Shown: one piece after another, positions 1 to 12,619 of the stretch
How the letters are laid out: each line of letters opens with the position of its first letter
Numbering within the stretch: position 1 is the first letter of the stretch
NCBI GenBank assembly: GCA_011109175.1
Contig: RDEW01000041.1
Span: 62,001 to 126,000, forward strand
Origin: Dicyema japonicum
Taxonomy: Eukaryota > Animalia > Dicyemida
Length of the DNA stretch: 64,000 nt
Direction of reading: 5' to 3'
Translations under genes and position numbers: made by a program
Notes under the pieces: model-generated
Database searches by the model: none
What the model was told of the DNA's origin: nothing
The model's input: the letters and a program-made list of their open reading frames with translations, nothing else

Positions 1-307
1 GAACTGCGGTTATTCAGTAATATCAGACAATGCCTGTCTCTATGTTAATAAAATTCGCCATGACGTCGAGTAATTTTGTAATTAATCCCCAGTGAGCTAA
101 GTCGAATAGTCACAGATGTAATCCACGATCCAACCCTTCCAAGGACACGTGATCACAACTGTCCCCGTTGTAGTAACAGAGAGGCAGTTTTCTTTCAATC
201 CAGATCAGAACATCCAGATGTGATGATTTATGTTATTTGATTAGGCAGCCATGAAGTTGTATTATGTCTGCACTAATATCTATTGTACACATAAATGGAC
301 TCAGTGA
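1..307 (+). CDS. POLR2I: RNA polymerase II subunit RPB9, 3' part (5' end outside window); introns 70-92 (23 nt) and 220-244 (25 nt)
   Basis: Spliced translation [59 protein letters not shown]...[20 protein letters not shown] matches the RPB9 C-terminal zinc ribbon (DPTLPR, CxxC, AVFFQS, LYYVC). Confidence 0.95.
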
Positions 308-584
308 TCTTTACTTTATTAATTTCATTCTTTATACTTTACTGTTTGTAATCTTAGTTTATGGAACCTTTCTGGTCAATAAGTTGTTGTCTGTATCTTA
401 CTAAGCTCACAGATAATCGTTTTCATGCGGGTCAGAAATTGCTTGGTCGTCAGGAAAGACCCAATTTCCCTTACCTAGCAACTGCATAATACTTTCGACA
501 CTCGCAAATTGGCCACATTTTGAAAATTTTTTAAAGAAAAAATCGTATTCTCCTTATTAATTGCCCAATTTTTAAATCCTTGGC

Positions 585-676
585 TGTGACCAAAGATCCG
601 CGAGAGACTGGTTGGTTCCGAGAACGTATCTCGTTGGCTATTGTTAGGGGAAATAGCATGGCCATTCAGATGCCTT
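585..676 (+). mobile_element. 3' tip of CRE-like non-LTR retrotransposon
   Basis: Translates TKDPRETGWFRERISLAIVRGNSMAIQ, homologous to 50760-50845 and to the C-terminus of restriction-like-endonuclease LINEs. Confidence 0.7.
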
Positions 677-723
677 AATTTAATTTTATTCATTTGATAA
701 TAAAATTTCTTTTTGATAAAAAA

Positions 724-823
724 ATTTTAAATTGTCACAAATTTTAATTTTTAATAAAAATTTTATTAACACGATTTTAAATTGTCACAAATTTTAATTT
801 TTAATAAAAATTTTATTAACACG
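724..823. repeat. Perfect 50-bp tandem duplication
   Basis: attttaaattgtcacaa...ttattaacacg occurs twice head-to-tail (724-773, 774-823). Confidence 0.95.
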
Positions 824-999
824 TCTTCGAAGTCTTTTTGTGGACGCCTTAATTTACTTTTAATGAAAAAACTCAAATTGTATTTATAAAGAATTAAATG
901 ATGCTATTTCGTGCCAGAAATTAGCTGATAGGTTCTCGAACTTGTTTGAATAACGATATCGAGAAAAACAATAAATAATCTTACTGAAGGACACTATTT

Positions 1000-1340
1000 T
1001 GAAAAATACTAAAAACATCAACCGTCTTTTAAATCTGTACATAAACGAAAGCTTCCAAAGCTTGAAGAGAGGTCGGTGGAATGGATAAAGGTATTAGAGA
1101 AATATTTTTCGAAACATTAATTTTCTAGGGGGATTTCTGAATGATAGCTTAATATCTATCAAGACAGCATTTTTTGCATTTAATAAAAATGAAAATTCTT
1201 TAGATTAAGAAAATAATGAACAAGAATGGGAAAAAATAAGACCAAATGGACATACTAGTTAGATTAACTGCAATAGGAACTCTTAGCCAATGTTGAGAAT
1301 GAAATTTCTCTAATTTCTTCAATAAGAAAGTACAAAGTTA
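1000..1340 (+). mobile_element. pogo/Tigger-like transposon remnant
   Basis: KLPKLEERSVEWIK resembles the CENP-B-type HTH; 1210-1340 is homologous to the reverse complement of 21780-21920. Confidence 0.5.
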
Positions 1341-1344
1341 GTTG

Positions 1345-2000
1345 TTTTGACGCTCGAGAGAAAGAATGAAATTATTGCTTTTTTCAAAGATGGTGTTTTA
1401 CCTGATGAAAGATACAGAATATGTCGAATTTTAGAAGGAAAACGTCATCATTTCGATTGTCTGATTCGAAGTCTGACATTTTATACTTTAAAACATCCGG
1501 GATTCTATTGCATACATTTGCTGTAGAAGAAGTAGAGCAAAAAAAACTTTTTATTGAAAATATCCACCTTAAAAATGAACATCCTGGTCAAGATGGACTG
1601 CTCTTCTGAAAGATCTTATTTATGGATCGTGCAGAAATGAAGTCATGTCAGTAATTAAATCCTGTCCCCAATGTCAAGCAAGACAGCTTATGAATACCAG
1701 ACCAGCGATATTCAGTCAGAGAAAGGTATCATTTCAGTCCAACATTAGATATATTTTTGATCTAATTGATTCGCGTCATTGTGCTGATGAGAATTATGCC
1801 TGGCTTTTGGTTGGACTTGATTCATTCTCAAAGTTTTGTTGGACGACACCTTTAATAACCAAATCGGCTTACGAGGTATCTGGTCCGATTAAAATCGAGG
1901 TATCAGGTGCGATTAAAAAATCGTACTAATGTTTGGAAAACCGACGATTCTACACACTGAAAATTGAAAAAAATTTGTCAATGAAAAAATGAAATATAAA
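1345..2000 (+). mobile_element. Decayed DDE integrase-type transposase (Ginger2/KRBA2-like)
   Basis: HLKNEH...CPQC zinc motif, then RYIFDLID...LVGLDSFSKFCWTTPLITKSAYEV and GKPTILHTEN; stops and frameshifts; related sequence at 49620-49700. Confidence 0.75.
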
Positions 2001-2989
2001 AACTCGTAGAGGTGCTATGAATGAGCATATGGACATCAATATATATTACGTTAGAGAAATCTCTCCTACTGGGGAGTATTAAACTTGCAAACCTGTATGT
2101 GGATTAAAATCACTGAAAAACGCCAGAGTCACTGGAAAATGCCCCGGGATTTTCCGATTGGAGTTTAAAGAAGAGTCAGATAAAATCTCATTTAGTGAAG
2201 AGACTAATCTATTTTCTCCTTTCGAGAAGGGAAACCACAAGGTGATCAAACTCAAAGAGAGGCTTTCGGAAATTGTTCTAAAGAATGTGCCAATATGGAT
2301 TGAGGAAGACGAACTTATGGCTTACATGAAAGAAATTGCTCCAACCACTGAGTCGTGAAACGTATTGTAAGGAACGGAGGAAAACTCCTAGTTGTGAAGA
2401 TGAGCTTATAATCAATGGCAGAAGCTACCTCCTTGATACGCCTGGGTCTTGTCTTGGATAGTAGAAATCGATTGTGAGTGAGTCAGAAGACCACCCCCAA
2501 GATGCTTTAATTGTCAATATTTCAGACACATTGCAAGACATTGCAATGGGGCAGAGATGTTTCTTATGTGGAGGACCACATAGTTCCCCGGAGTGCCCAG
2601 AACCGAACAATAGAAGATCCTGTATCAACTGCGGGTCTGATGATCAAGGAACGAGTTATGGTGGTTGCCGGTGGCCAGGGAAGCCGTGGCCTCCACAAGA
2701 AGAAGAACCGAATGTCATGGTTTAGGAACATGGAGGAGAGGACAAATTCCTCCTCCACCACATTAACTAGATACGAAGTCTAGTGAAAACAAGTAGAATG
2801 CAATAATCAAAAATCGACCTCTAAAATACGATATTATGAATCCAACACAGAAAAAGCCAATTGTGGATTAAGATTACCTGGAAGAGAAGCTAAAAAGGTC
2901 TTGCTGGGAATCTAATCCAGGGACATCTGAAAGACAATCGAGAGAACTTACATATGTGATTAACCGTCTAAACCGGGGGCCCATTAACA

Positions 2990-3570
2990 AACTTTAAAAA
3001 ATATCGCCCACTAGGAAAACCTATTTGGTAACGAGTTTGAAATATTAATGTGAACAATGATGTTGCAAAAAGTTAGACACACGTTTCTCAATATTTGGGT
3101 TCATGTTTGTAAGCCTAATCCGTAGATCTCCTCTTTCAACAATGTCCAAGCGGTTTCTCCTTTTGGTTAGCTGTGATACAATACTGAAGCCTCTCTCAAC
3201 CAAATAAGAAGTGAAGAAAGCAATAAAAAATAATTTTGATTTTTTTCCAAAACATAGGATATTTTTCAGGAATATCTTTTTTAACCAAAAATCATGATAC
3301 GACGGTTGTTAAAACTGGGTTTAATTTCAAAATCGTTTTTTAACATAATTAGTTTCTCTTGACAGGATTCAACGTCATCTACATTCTGAAAGGGATCTAT
3401 CACCCAATCTGGAACTTTGAGTTCACATGAATTTTGAAACGTCCCTTCATATCTTGTTCAAGAGTAATCAAATGTTTAATATAAATATCGAAATCATCTT
3501 CAGAAAGGAAGTCTTTAAGATCGTTGAGACGTGGAAATTGGATTAATTCTTTCCCGCCAATATTCCTACA
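2990..3570 (-). mobile_element. hAT (Charlie/ZBED5-like) transposase C-terminal fragment
   Basis: Minus strand reads FFIAFFTSYLVERGFSIVSQLTKRRNRLDIVERGDLRIRLTNMNPNIEK, the hAT dimerisation domain. Confidence 0.8.
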
Positions 3571-3599
3571 AAATAAAGGTAGTTTCGAAATAAAAGCAG

Positions 3600-4242
3600 A
3601 AATAAGTGACTTTGCCTAAATTAATTAAAAAAATAATACCTTGATTAAATTATATCAGCAAATTGTAATTTCACATCAAGTTCGTTAAATTTAGCAAAAA
3701 TATCCGCTAAGTAAGACACATCATGTTTAACGGATTCTAGTTCCGGGCCAATTTCAACAATGCACTTTAAAATTTAAAAACATTAAGAATACTTTTTGCT
3801 TCCATCGAATCTATCCACTCAACAAGCTGTCATCAAGTTGCGGGAACTTTAACTTTTTGACTGTTTTTGTAGATGAATTTTTAGTTTTTAATTGTTTCAA
3901 AATTGACTCACCACTCTTTAGATAGCGTTAACTGTCCTTCGGCAAATGTTCACTTTAAGCAAAAAAGAAAATTTATCGTTAATTCTTTGGCATGATAATA
4001 AGTTGTTGTCGTCCTTATACGCAGTATTTGCACTTTTTGTTCTATAATGAGTCTTGTATATCGACCACTTCACAACGAAACATGCTACTTAAATAAAATT
4101 TTATTGTTTTAATTTTCAGTAATTTTTTAAAAACTTTAAAAAAATTATGGCAAATTTCGGAATTGGCAAATTTCCACTAAAATTGGAATAATTCTTAAAA
4201 AATGGCAAATCTGAGAATTGGCAAATTTAAGAGAGTTTACTG
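3600..4242 (-). mobile_element. pogo/Tigger 5' end with TIR
   Basis: TA|CAGTAAACTCTC terminus at 4242; repeated ATGGCAAAT/TTGGCAAAT subterminal motifs; KFPQLDDSL HTH-like coding remnant. Confidence 0.7.
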
Positions 4243-7081
4243 TATGTGATTAACCGTCTAAACGAAGAGTGTGATAAGGTAAACTTGATTTATTGCAAGT
4301 GGTGGTTCTGGTCCTGAAGAGATCAGGCCACCAAGACCAGTGATCCAAAACATAAGAATCATGCTCGTGAATGCCCGATCAATCTTGAGGATGCATCACG
4401 AGCTAGCTTCCCCGGCGAATGCCGAGGAAGCTGATATAATAATTGTCAACGAAAGGAAGATGAAGTCAAATGAGAATACAGTACTCCCGGGTTTCGAATC
4501 GATATCTTTATACTGGAAAGAAGGGGCTATATCAGGAACTGGAACATCAATTTTTTATCGGTGTCATCTAAAGAAAAGGAATCCAGAATTGTTTCATCAA
4601 TTTGTTGTGAGTTTGTCGCCATTGATGTTCGCTGTGTCGACTGATGGCTCGCAATTGGCGTATGTATTCAAAATCCTTGAGGGAATGTACTGGAGATATC
4701 TCCCAGTTTTTCAGCGTAAACCCGATGGCCATGCTGGGAGGTGATTTCAACTCCAAGAGCACATTCTTTGGCTGCAAAAAAAGTAACAGGGAAGGCAAGC
4801 TTCTGATGAAGCTATCTAAAAGACTAGGAGTAAAAGTCCTTACATAGAAAGAGGATAATCATTTCTCTCCCTACGAGGGTGACAAGCTTGGTGTCTTCTT
4901 GATTTCCTCTGCTATTTCAGAATACGTCTATGTATCAATTACTCTTCCGGATATTGGCAGTGACCACATTCCATTGCTAATATCCGTGGATATGAAAATG
5001 ATTAATGAACCTGGAGTCTTTGTCGGCTACGATACCAAGAATCTAAACTGGAATCACTATAGGATGTTCACTGCAAAGGAATTGATGTTAGAGCATACGA
5101 GCCAAAGACTCATCTGGAAATTGATAAAACAAGTGAAAGAGTAACGGATCTGATATTATACTATCTGGATAATTTTGCTAGATAAATATGCTCAAAAAAC
5201 GATAATTTTGTTCCTATTCCATAGCACATCAAGAGAATTGTGTTGAAAAGAAATAATCTAAGAACTAAACTGAGGAGATGCGTAGACCCACAGGAGCCTT
5301 GTCTCACAAAATGGCGAACTACAAAAGCAGTTGTCGGAACAATTCAAAAGTTGGAATGAAAATAAGTGGAACTCTCAACTACGGAAGCTAAAAAACAACC
5401 CTCTTTCTGGAAAGTATACCGAAGATTGAGGAACCCAGAGTCAATCACAAACAAGATTGTGCAAAAGAAACCGGATGGCACCTACTATGCTGAAGAATAA
5501 ATACCTCTAGTTTTTGAGACACAACTTAAAAAATATTTGATGTGGACGATGATGTCATCGCGGAGAAGACCTGTTACGAACCATTGTCAGAGAAAACAGC
5601 ATTTATAGAGATCTCTCTAGAAGAGCTGAAGATAGCAATAAGAGCTGTCAAGAATAAAGCTCCGGTCAGTGATTTCATCAAAGCTATGATGTTCAAAGAA
5701 GGCCCAGAAATATTATTCCAAGTTCTCAAAGATATGTTGAACGCATTCATCAAAATTAGTCATGTTCCACACGAATGGAAGAAGACTATTGTACGGATGG
5801 TAGCGAAGACAGGAAGACAGAAGAATGTTCCTGCTAACTATAGCTCTCTCTTTCAAAAATCATGGAAAAAATTGTCTTCTGGAAGCTTACAAATCAGCTG
5901 GAAAAAGAATATTACTTCAGAAATGATCAATTTGGTTTTCGCCAGGACGGTCATGCGGTGATTGCTTATTTCATCTCAACTCCGAGTTATGCAAAGCCAG
6001 AGAATCCAAATGTCCCCTAAATGTCATATGTCTCGACATATCAAGAGCATTTGAAAGTGTTAACCACAGAGCCATAATCGATCAGTTATCTCGGACGGGG
6101 AGCCCAGTGAAAGTATACCTATAAGGAAAAAAATACTATGTTAGATGCGGAAGCTATTTTTCAAATATGATATTATTGAAGAGAGGAGTCCCACAAGGAT
6201 CAATTTTGAGCTCTCTATTGTTAAATGTTCTAATGGCTGGTTTCCCGTCTCCGTCTACACCAAGTACGAGATCTTCTATATACGCAGACGACGTGCTACT
6301 TTCTGATGTGTCGAGATCGAGCATGATCTCAGAGAAAAGACTCACAGTGTACATGGAAGAGATAAAGACTGTGCGGTCTTCATGGTTAAAACTGTCAGAA
6401 TCTAGTGCAATAATGTTTTTCGGTCGGAATGGTAAAGGAAATCAGAAAGACTCCATATGCGGAATCAACATTGTGAGCTCCCTGAAGGATCTCGGAACAG
6501 TTTGAGAAATCTGGAGCACATTGTGCATTTTAAACTAAAAAAAAAAAGCCAATTATGCGATATTGTGTATGAGGAAATTGAGACTCGAAACGGATATGTT
6601 TTTATTTATTTTTCACGTACGACCATTCCATCACTCCTTTATGGACTGGTAGGATGGTATTAGACTGCATACAAAGAGCGCTTTATATTGCTTCTTGAAA
6701 AATCGAGGTATTAATAGTCTCAACTGGTCATCGTTACTTTCGATCATACGTTCAAACGGCTTTAACGGTTAAATCGATTTTACGAATCGTTCTCAACCTG
6801 GAGTCGTTGTCAACCGGTTACATTATATTTAAAAAATTAATTAATCACAAGAGATAAATCATTTTTATGGGTTTCCATAAACTGCAACAACAGAACTTAA
6901 CGAAATTTCAGTCGGTTTCAGTCGCAAGATGTATTGCCGAGCGATACTACGCCTAAACAAAAAAATGAAAATCACATTTTTAGCAAAAATATTTACATTA
7001 TCTGAGATGAAATTTGTTATTTCATCACAGTGAGACCTCGATTCCGAGGGAAGCAATATTAACTGGTAATTTGCATGTGTT

Positions 7082-7290
7082 TCATAGAGACCATTTTTTT
7101 ATTTTAGTCTCCTGCAAGCAGCATACAGAACCCCAGTATTTTTCAACATCGGAAAATAGAAGGTGCCTTTTAGCCACGTTATTTAGGTCTCTGACATTGA
7201 AGATTAGGATAGGCAGGTCATTAAATTGTTCTGAATCTTTGTAGACATGGGTGCAAGAGAGGCACGTCATCTCCTCAGCCAAAAAGGAAT
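7082..7290 (-). mobile_element. RTE-family 5' fragment
   Basis: 5' motif TTTTTGGCTGAGGAGATGACGTGCCTCTC followed by the APE N-terminus (IFNVRDL...CCLQETKI). Confidence 0.8.
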
Positions 7291-7899
7291 GAATGTAGAA
7301 ATTGGTGTTTATAACTTAATCTGAGATTTTTTATTGTGGATTAATAATATCACACTTTCACAGGATTAAGGGTCATGGCCATGTGCAGTCAACACGTACA
7401 GCTCATCAGGAAACGAGACCGTTAATTAACTAAGGGTTGTGAGGAGATTAGTCCCAGGGAGATACCAAAATTCCAATTCATCTTGTTAACTTCAGATATT
7501 AGGGTGAAATGCCAGAAACGTCCTTCATGTTGACTTTCCATACTTAACACGACCTTTGGAGATTGTGAGCCACGTCAAGAAAAAGAATGCTGACTTTTTG
7601 TTTAAAGAAAGTCTTTTATGTGTTGGAGAATATTTGGAAAATACAGGAGCAATGAGAACCTATTTTTGATGCACAGAATGACCAAGGCGGAACACAGTCT
7701 TTAACAAATCATTGTTTCCTACTTGGAGAGTTGTGGTGTGGTGGGATGTACAGCTTCTTTCCTAAAAAATCACATCAATTCATGACCACCTCTGTGAAGT
7801 GGTGACCACGGTAATACACAGAATGTATACTTCAATGTTTTTAATTACCAAACTTATACTTGTGCCTAACTCAGAATGACTTAAGACCAACTAAACTAC

Positions 7900-9710
7900 C
7901 CAATTAATTACAAAATGTGTAAACAGAAAATTTTACGACTACATTGAGGTACATCATCTGATCAGTGGCAATCAACTGGGAAACCCGAAGAATGTGTCAA
8001 GGAGCTATATTACAGGAGTCTGCTACTAATAAGCTCGGCCTGTACGATTCATATTTTTATGGAGTTTTGACAAGCATTTTTTTAAATGATGTGGTAGAGA
8101 ACTGAGATGGAGTACTAACACTTTAGTGGATGGGGGATGTTTGTAAGAGAAGTGTAGATTCTTCGTAAAACGAACAACCGTGGTAAGGTGCTATTTGTGT
8201 TAATAAACTTTCTGTAGGATATTCATCAGATTCCAGTAGACAATACAATCAGTATGGATGTGTCTGTGGAGACCAAACAAAACATTTTCTTTTGTGACAA
8301 TTACGCTTATTGAGGATAAGATCACTTTGGAGATATCAAACCTATTCCCAAACGTTATCATAGCTTTCTTTGGGACCTGCCAGTGCTATCAATTGAGTCG
8401 TCTGTCTGATAAGATCATCCAGAAATTTGAGAAAATCTGACTTGTGGAAACAAGGGTCGCGGACATTCAAGGAAAACATACCAAAAGTCTCGATTGTCCT
8501 CCCATCATGAAACAAGGACTCCAGACGGTTTTAGACTTTGGAGAGGTCCAAAAGGATCACCTTTCTGAACACCAGTCGAAGAGTCGACAATGTTATCTCC
8601 AAAAACAAACGAACTTTCAAATCCGTAAAAATATAGACAAATTTGTTAATTTCAGTCGTCCTAGAAACGCAGAACTCCAGCATACAGTCAAACCTGATGG
8701 AATTGGGGATATCTAGCTTCACAAGTAATTTGTGCTCTCTGAGGTGACAGGAAGAGGCAAAGTAGTAGCGTGTTGAATGAATGGCGACATCACATCTATA
8801 AGGGACACCAACTTCCATTTGGGTTTGAGACATCTCCCACTCAGACAATTACATACAAGATTCAGTTAAATCTTCGATGGTACATGTCTGAAGAAATTAG
8901 CAATGGACAAATACCACCGAGAAAGGGTCGATAGGACCTTTGATTAGTCTGTTGGTAAAATTTGTATAGATCTGATTAAGTTTCGTACCGCCTCAGTAGT
9001 GATTCCTGAGGTGAGATCTTCTACATACCCGTAAACCATCAATCCTGCTGTGGGAGATGCGAAAAGATCGAATTGCATTAACAATTGACTCCTCTGAAAT
9101 AGCAGGCACGGAACAATATGGTTTATTGATATCGGGGGTGTTTCCTAGCGATGGTGTTCAAGGTTGAGGTCGAATAGGAGGCAATAGTGTCATTTGACTC
9201 AACCACTCTGAGAGCGGCTTGGATTTCCCCTGAAATGAGTTTTCGATCATTTCTTCTAGATTATTGCTTCTGGAGAAGTCCATACTATTCTCCCGTCCTC
9301 GTAAGGGGATACCGCGATTCGCAATGAGGGTATCCAGATAGGCAGTCATAATAAATTTGGCATTACTTTTGGTCTGGGAAGTAACAAAGGAGGAAGAATT
9401 AGCGCCGAGAACAAAAGGAGCGAAAAGGAAGAATCTGATCTCTAAGAAAGGCCAGAATGGATGAGGCATGAAAGAGTTTCTGATTTAGTGAAGCGGATTT
9501 TTATCCTCAATTTCAGAGCAGAAAGTTGGGAGAGTATTCCCTATGGACTATCACTGCACATGGAATAAGGCGGACGGGTCGAAAAATGCATAGATGACAA
9601 GTCCAAGAATTTAAGATTTCAACAATTTTTTGGGGTAATTTACGGATCCGATATAGAAATAACATGAGAATTGAGATCAGAACACCCCCGCTATTGATAA
9701 GAGGCATTTC
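7900..9710 (-). mobile_element. CRE-like non-LTR retrotransposon RT region, decayed
   Basis: Fragments VNAIRSF..SRIDGLR, QMEVGVPYRCDVAIHSTR, LLVKLDIPNS and VQKGDPFGPL fit CRE-clade RT motifs; homologous copy at 39540-40050. Confidence 0.7.
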
Positions 9711-10083
9711 TAGTAGTCAACTAGAGACTGAATAATTCATAATAGATAGTAAAACTAGGATAATCGAGGGTAGAAAATAATAATCTAGAATAGAATTATC
9801 CTGGGTAGAATGAAGATAATCTAAAGTAGATACAGGATAATCATAAAATAAGAGGGAATTTAGTAGAAGCAGAATTTATAGAAGACAAGAACAGTATTTT
9901 CAACACCAAAAAACCACACTTGGCAGTACTTTAGTAAATTAAGAAACAATCAATCTGAGGGTCATACAGTAGTCACTGACTGGTGGCTATTTCCTCTCAG
10001 GATGGTGAGCCCAATGTTCTGGAGGATCCATTAAATAACAAAAACAATATAAGAATATAAAAGGTAAATATAAACATTTAATA

Positions 10084-12352
10084 TCATTTAAGTTGTCGTG
10101 AATACACATATACACTTCCAAAAACTCCAGCGTGTAAAAATGAGTTAGTAAAGCCAAGTCTCTCACAGAAAAGGGATATCATTGGCATATCATGGGCTCC
10201 AATCTCCACAGACACGTGATCGACCCCATTCAACTGCAAGGCAACATTCACAGCTTGAAATAAATGGAGGATTGCATTAGGGTCCCTCAAATCGTCCATT
10301 ACACAAAGTCTCATCAGGGAAGATACCTTAGAAGACTTATCTGAGTAAATCCCGCTATTTCTCAGTTCTGGGAATACCGACTCCTATAAATAAGGTAACC
10401 ATAATACATTAAGTGAGTGAAGACAGACAGAATCAGCAAAAGTAGACCTAAACCTGAGAATATAATCATCCAAGTTAGAACAAGCAACAGCGAAGCCCAC
10501 TACAGTCTCATCAGTGACATCACAGAGTACAAACACATATTTAGACTCCAAAGAAATCATTCCTTCCAAACAGACATTAACACCCTCAGCATTAGGCCAG
10601 TGACTCTTATACCAGTTAACCCCAATCTCAATAAGGGAGTCCTACAATATAATAAATACATTACATGATATGACTGATTATAAACACACACTTTATAAGG
10701 CTTGGTCGTATTTACAATTGGGAGTTGTTTCACATCAAATAGATAATTGACTGGTTGCATTAACTACAATAAACCATACACAAACCTTCAGTTCATTGAT
10801 AAGAATTAAATACTCGCTGAAGGACTTTACAGACTCCAACTCCATTGTGTCTTCCACTACTACACCACATATAGTCAGTGGTGAAAACTTGTCTAATTTA
10901 TAAGCCAAGTATAAACCAATCCAAGTGACCACAACACCCACGTGTTGAAGAGTCCATTTAAGCTCATTAATGTAGGGAATCATATCCTTTATGATAATTC
11001 GGTTGGGTATGAGATATATTCTATCCAAAACAGCGTCAAATTCCTGTAATATAAACATTAGTGAGTCTATTCTGTTTGTCCACTCCTCACTCTTATATGA
11101 TGAGAAGTTATCTATCAACCATTGATATGACGTCACCAATCTTTTGGCGGGCTCGGACAGTTCAAATGGTAAATAAAAAAAGCTGATAAACATGTTGAGA
11201 TCATTGAGTGACAATTCCACGGTAGGAGTATCGACGTACTCAGAAACATCTAGTTTATCAATTTCCATGGGTTCGGATGAGTTTTCCTCGAGTTCTTGGA
11301 GTAATTGGTCGTATTGATCCTCGATTTGACAGTTCAGGTCATCAAGCCATGAAATCTGAGCCTCATCAAAAGCCTGTTCTGGGGGACACTCGGAATGTAA
11401 CCATTTCGCGAAGGTAATAATGGGGACAGTGTTTGCCTCAAACTCTGTGTTTGGGTTAAGGAATATTCCCCTAGTCACATTCAAAACATCAGCATCTCTA
11501 TGGCAATAAGGGCCCAAGTTGAGTAGATTCCGTCTACTGTCGTTACTATGGAGATTGTCCCATATTACAACAGGCCTCCTCAAAATCTAATCGTAAAATG
11601 AATGAGGACTGAGTTTATGTTGGTAAGGCAGTCTGCTGTAATGTTCTTTGAGATGACAGCATCCCCAGTCCAGAGAATGTCTATGCCAGTCATGAGAGAA
11701 GTCCCCATTGTGGTGAGGTAGTCGTAGTTGCTAGTTCTATCAGCATAACTGGTACAGTATACTAATTATAGTGATAAAGCCAACCAGTGGGGCAGAATAG
11801 GAATAAATGGGAGTTTAGAAGACGAAATAGTCTGTTTGTTACATAGACCTGAGCTCCCTCCAACGTGGTGAAAAAGTTGGAGTCAATCTCACCAAGACTG
11901 TTCTCAATATCATCAAAGAAAAGACCAAAGGACCGACAGCCCAATTGACGTACCTTATTATATTAAAGTCCACCTAACCTGGTTGTATTTGGCAAATAGG
12001 AGATCAAAGTCATCATCATCAGAGTATAATATGTCCAAACCTGGTGAAAGAGCGTAGACAAACTCAATTTTATTATCCAAGCAGCACTTTACAATTTGAG
12101 TAAGGTTGACTACAGTATTGAGTGATTATAACCTAGTTCGTCCTCGTTATATAACCTCCTCCATTGAATTCTGTGCTTTGAGTCATCCTTAGGAGCGTAT
12201 ATGTACGTGTTTAGGTTGAGACTTCGAAGACGTTCAAATAGAACTACTCTTTGAGAATTAGTCCAAGCAGGACCGTAAAATCCTTTAGTTTTTAATAATA
12301 ATTAACCTTCAATTACTCCTGATAAAAATAAATTAGGTTGGTCAATATTCAT
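10084..12352 (-). CDS. OGA: O-GlcNAcase (GH84 plus C-terminal pseudo-HAT domain), 685 aa, 9 introns of 22-25 nt
   Basis: GVIEGFYG, YIYAPKDD, YALSPGLD, GCRSFGLFFDDIE, FCPT, WTG, VIWDNLHSND. Introns 12283-12306, 12110-12132, 11954-11978, 11762-11784, 11587-11609, 10893-10916, 10764-10785, 10642-10664, 10384-10407 give 2058 nt in frame. Confidence 0.93.
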
Positions 12353-12429
12353 ACCACAAATTGAGTTAATTATTTTATTTTATTATTTAAAAAATTTATA
12401 AATTATAAGGAATATTTAATTTAATTTTC

Positions 12430-12590
12430 CAGATCACGGGAATGTGGCCCCGAAAAATCAGTCAGTCATGCGCGGGCATGGAGGAAGAACACCGGGCAAA
12501 AATGAGGTCGCTGTTGGAATGCATCGGGATCACGCGATAATTAGTTTGGTTTCACTGTGGTCTTGGGTTGTTAAATAAATAAAATTATGA
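12430..12590 (+). mobile_element. 3' tip of Ingi/Jockey-like LINE family B
   Basis: Ends EEHRAKMRSLLECIGIT-like, then ATTAGTTTGG...GTGGTCTTGGG and a (TAAA)n tail; shared with 31000, 32500, 37560 and 51600. Confidence 0.75.
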
Positions 12591-12619
12591 ATAGGCCCCC
12601 AATAACTCTCGATGATATG

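Larger units (their letters stand above)
2140..6720 (+). mobile_element. Two-ORF LINE (I/Jockey group), decayed, interrupted by an insertion at 2974-4242
   Basis: ORF1 has gag-like knuckles (CFLCGGPHSSPEC; CINCG...C). ORF2 has APE motifs (LVNARS, IIIVNE, GGDFNS, GSDHIPLL) and RT motifs (DISRAFESV, GVPQGSILS, IYADDV) across several frames. Confidence 0.85.
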
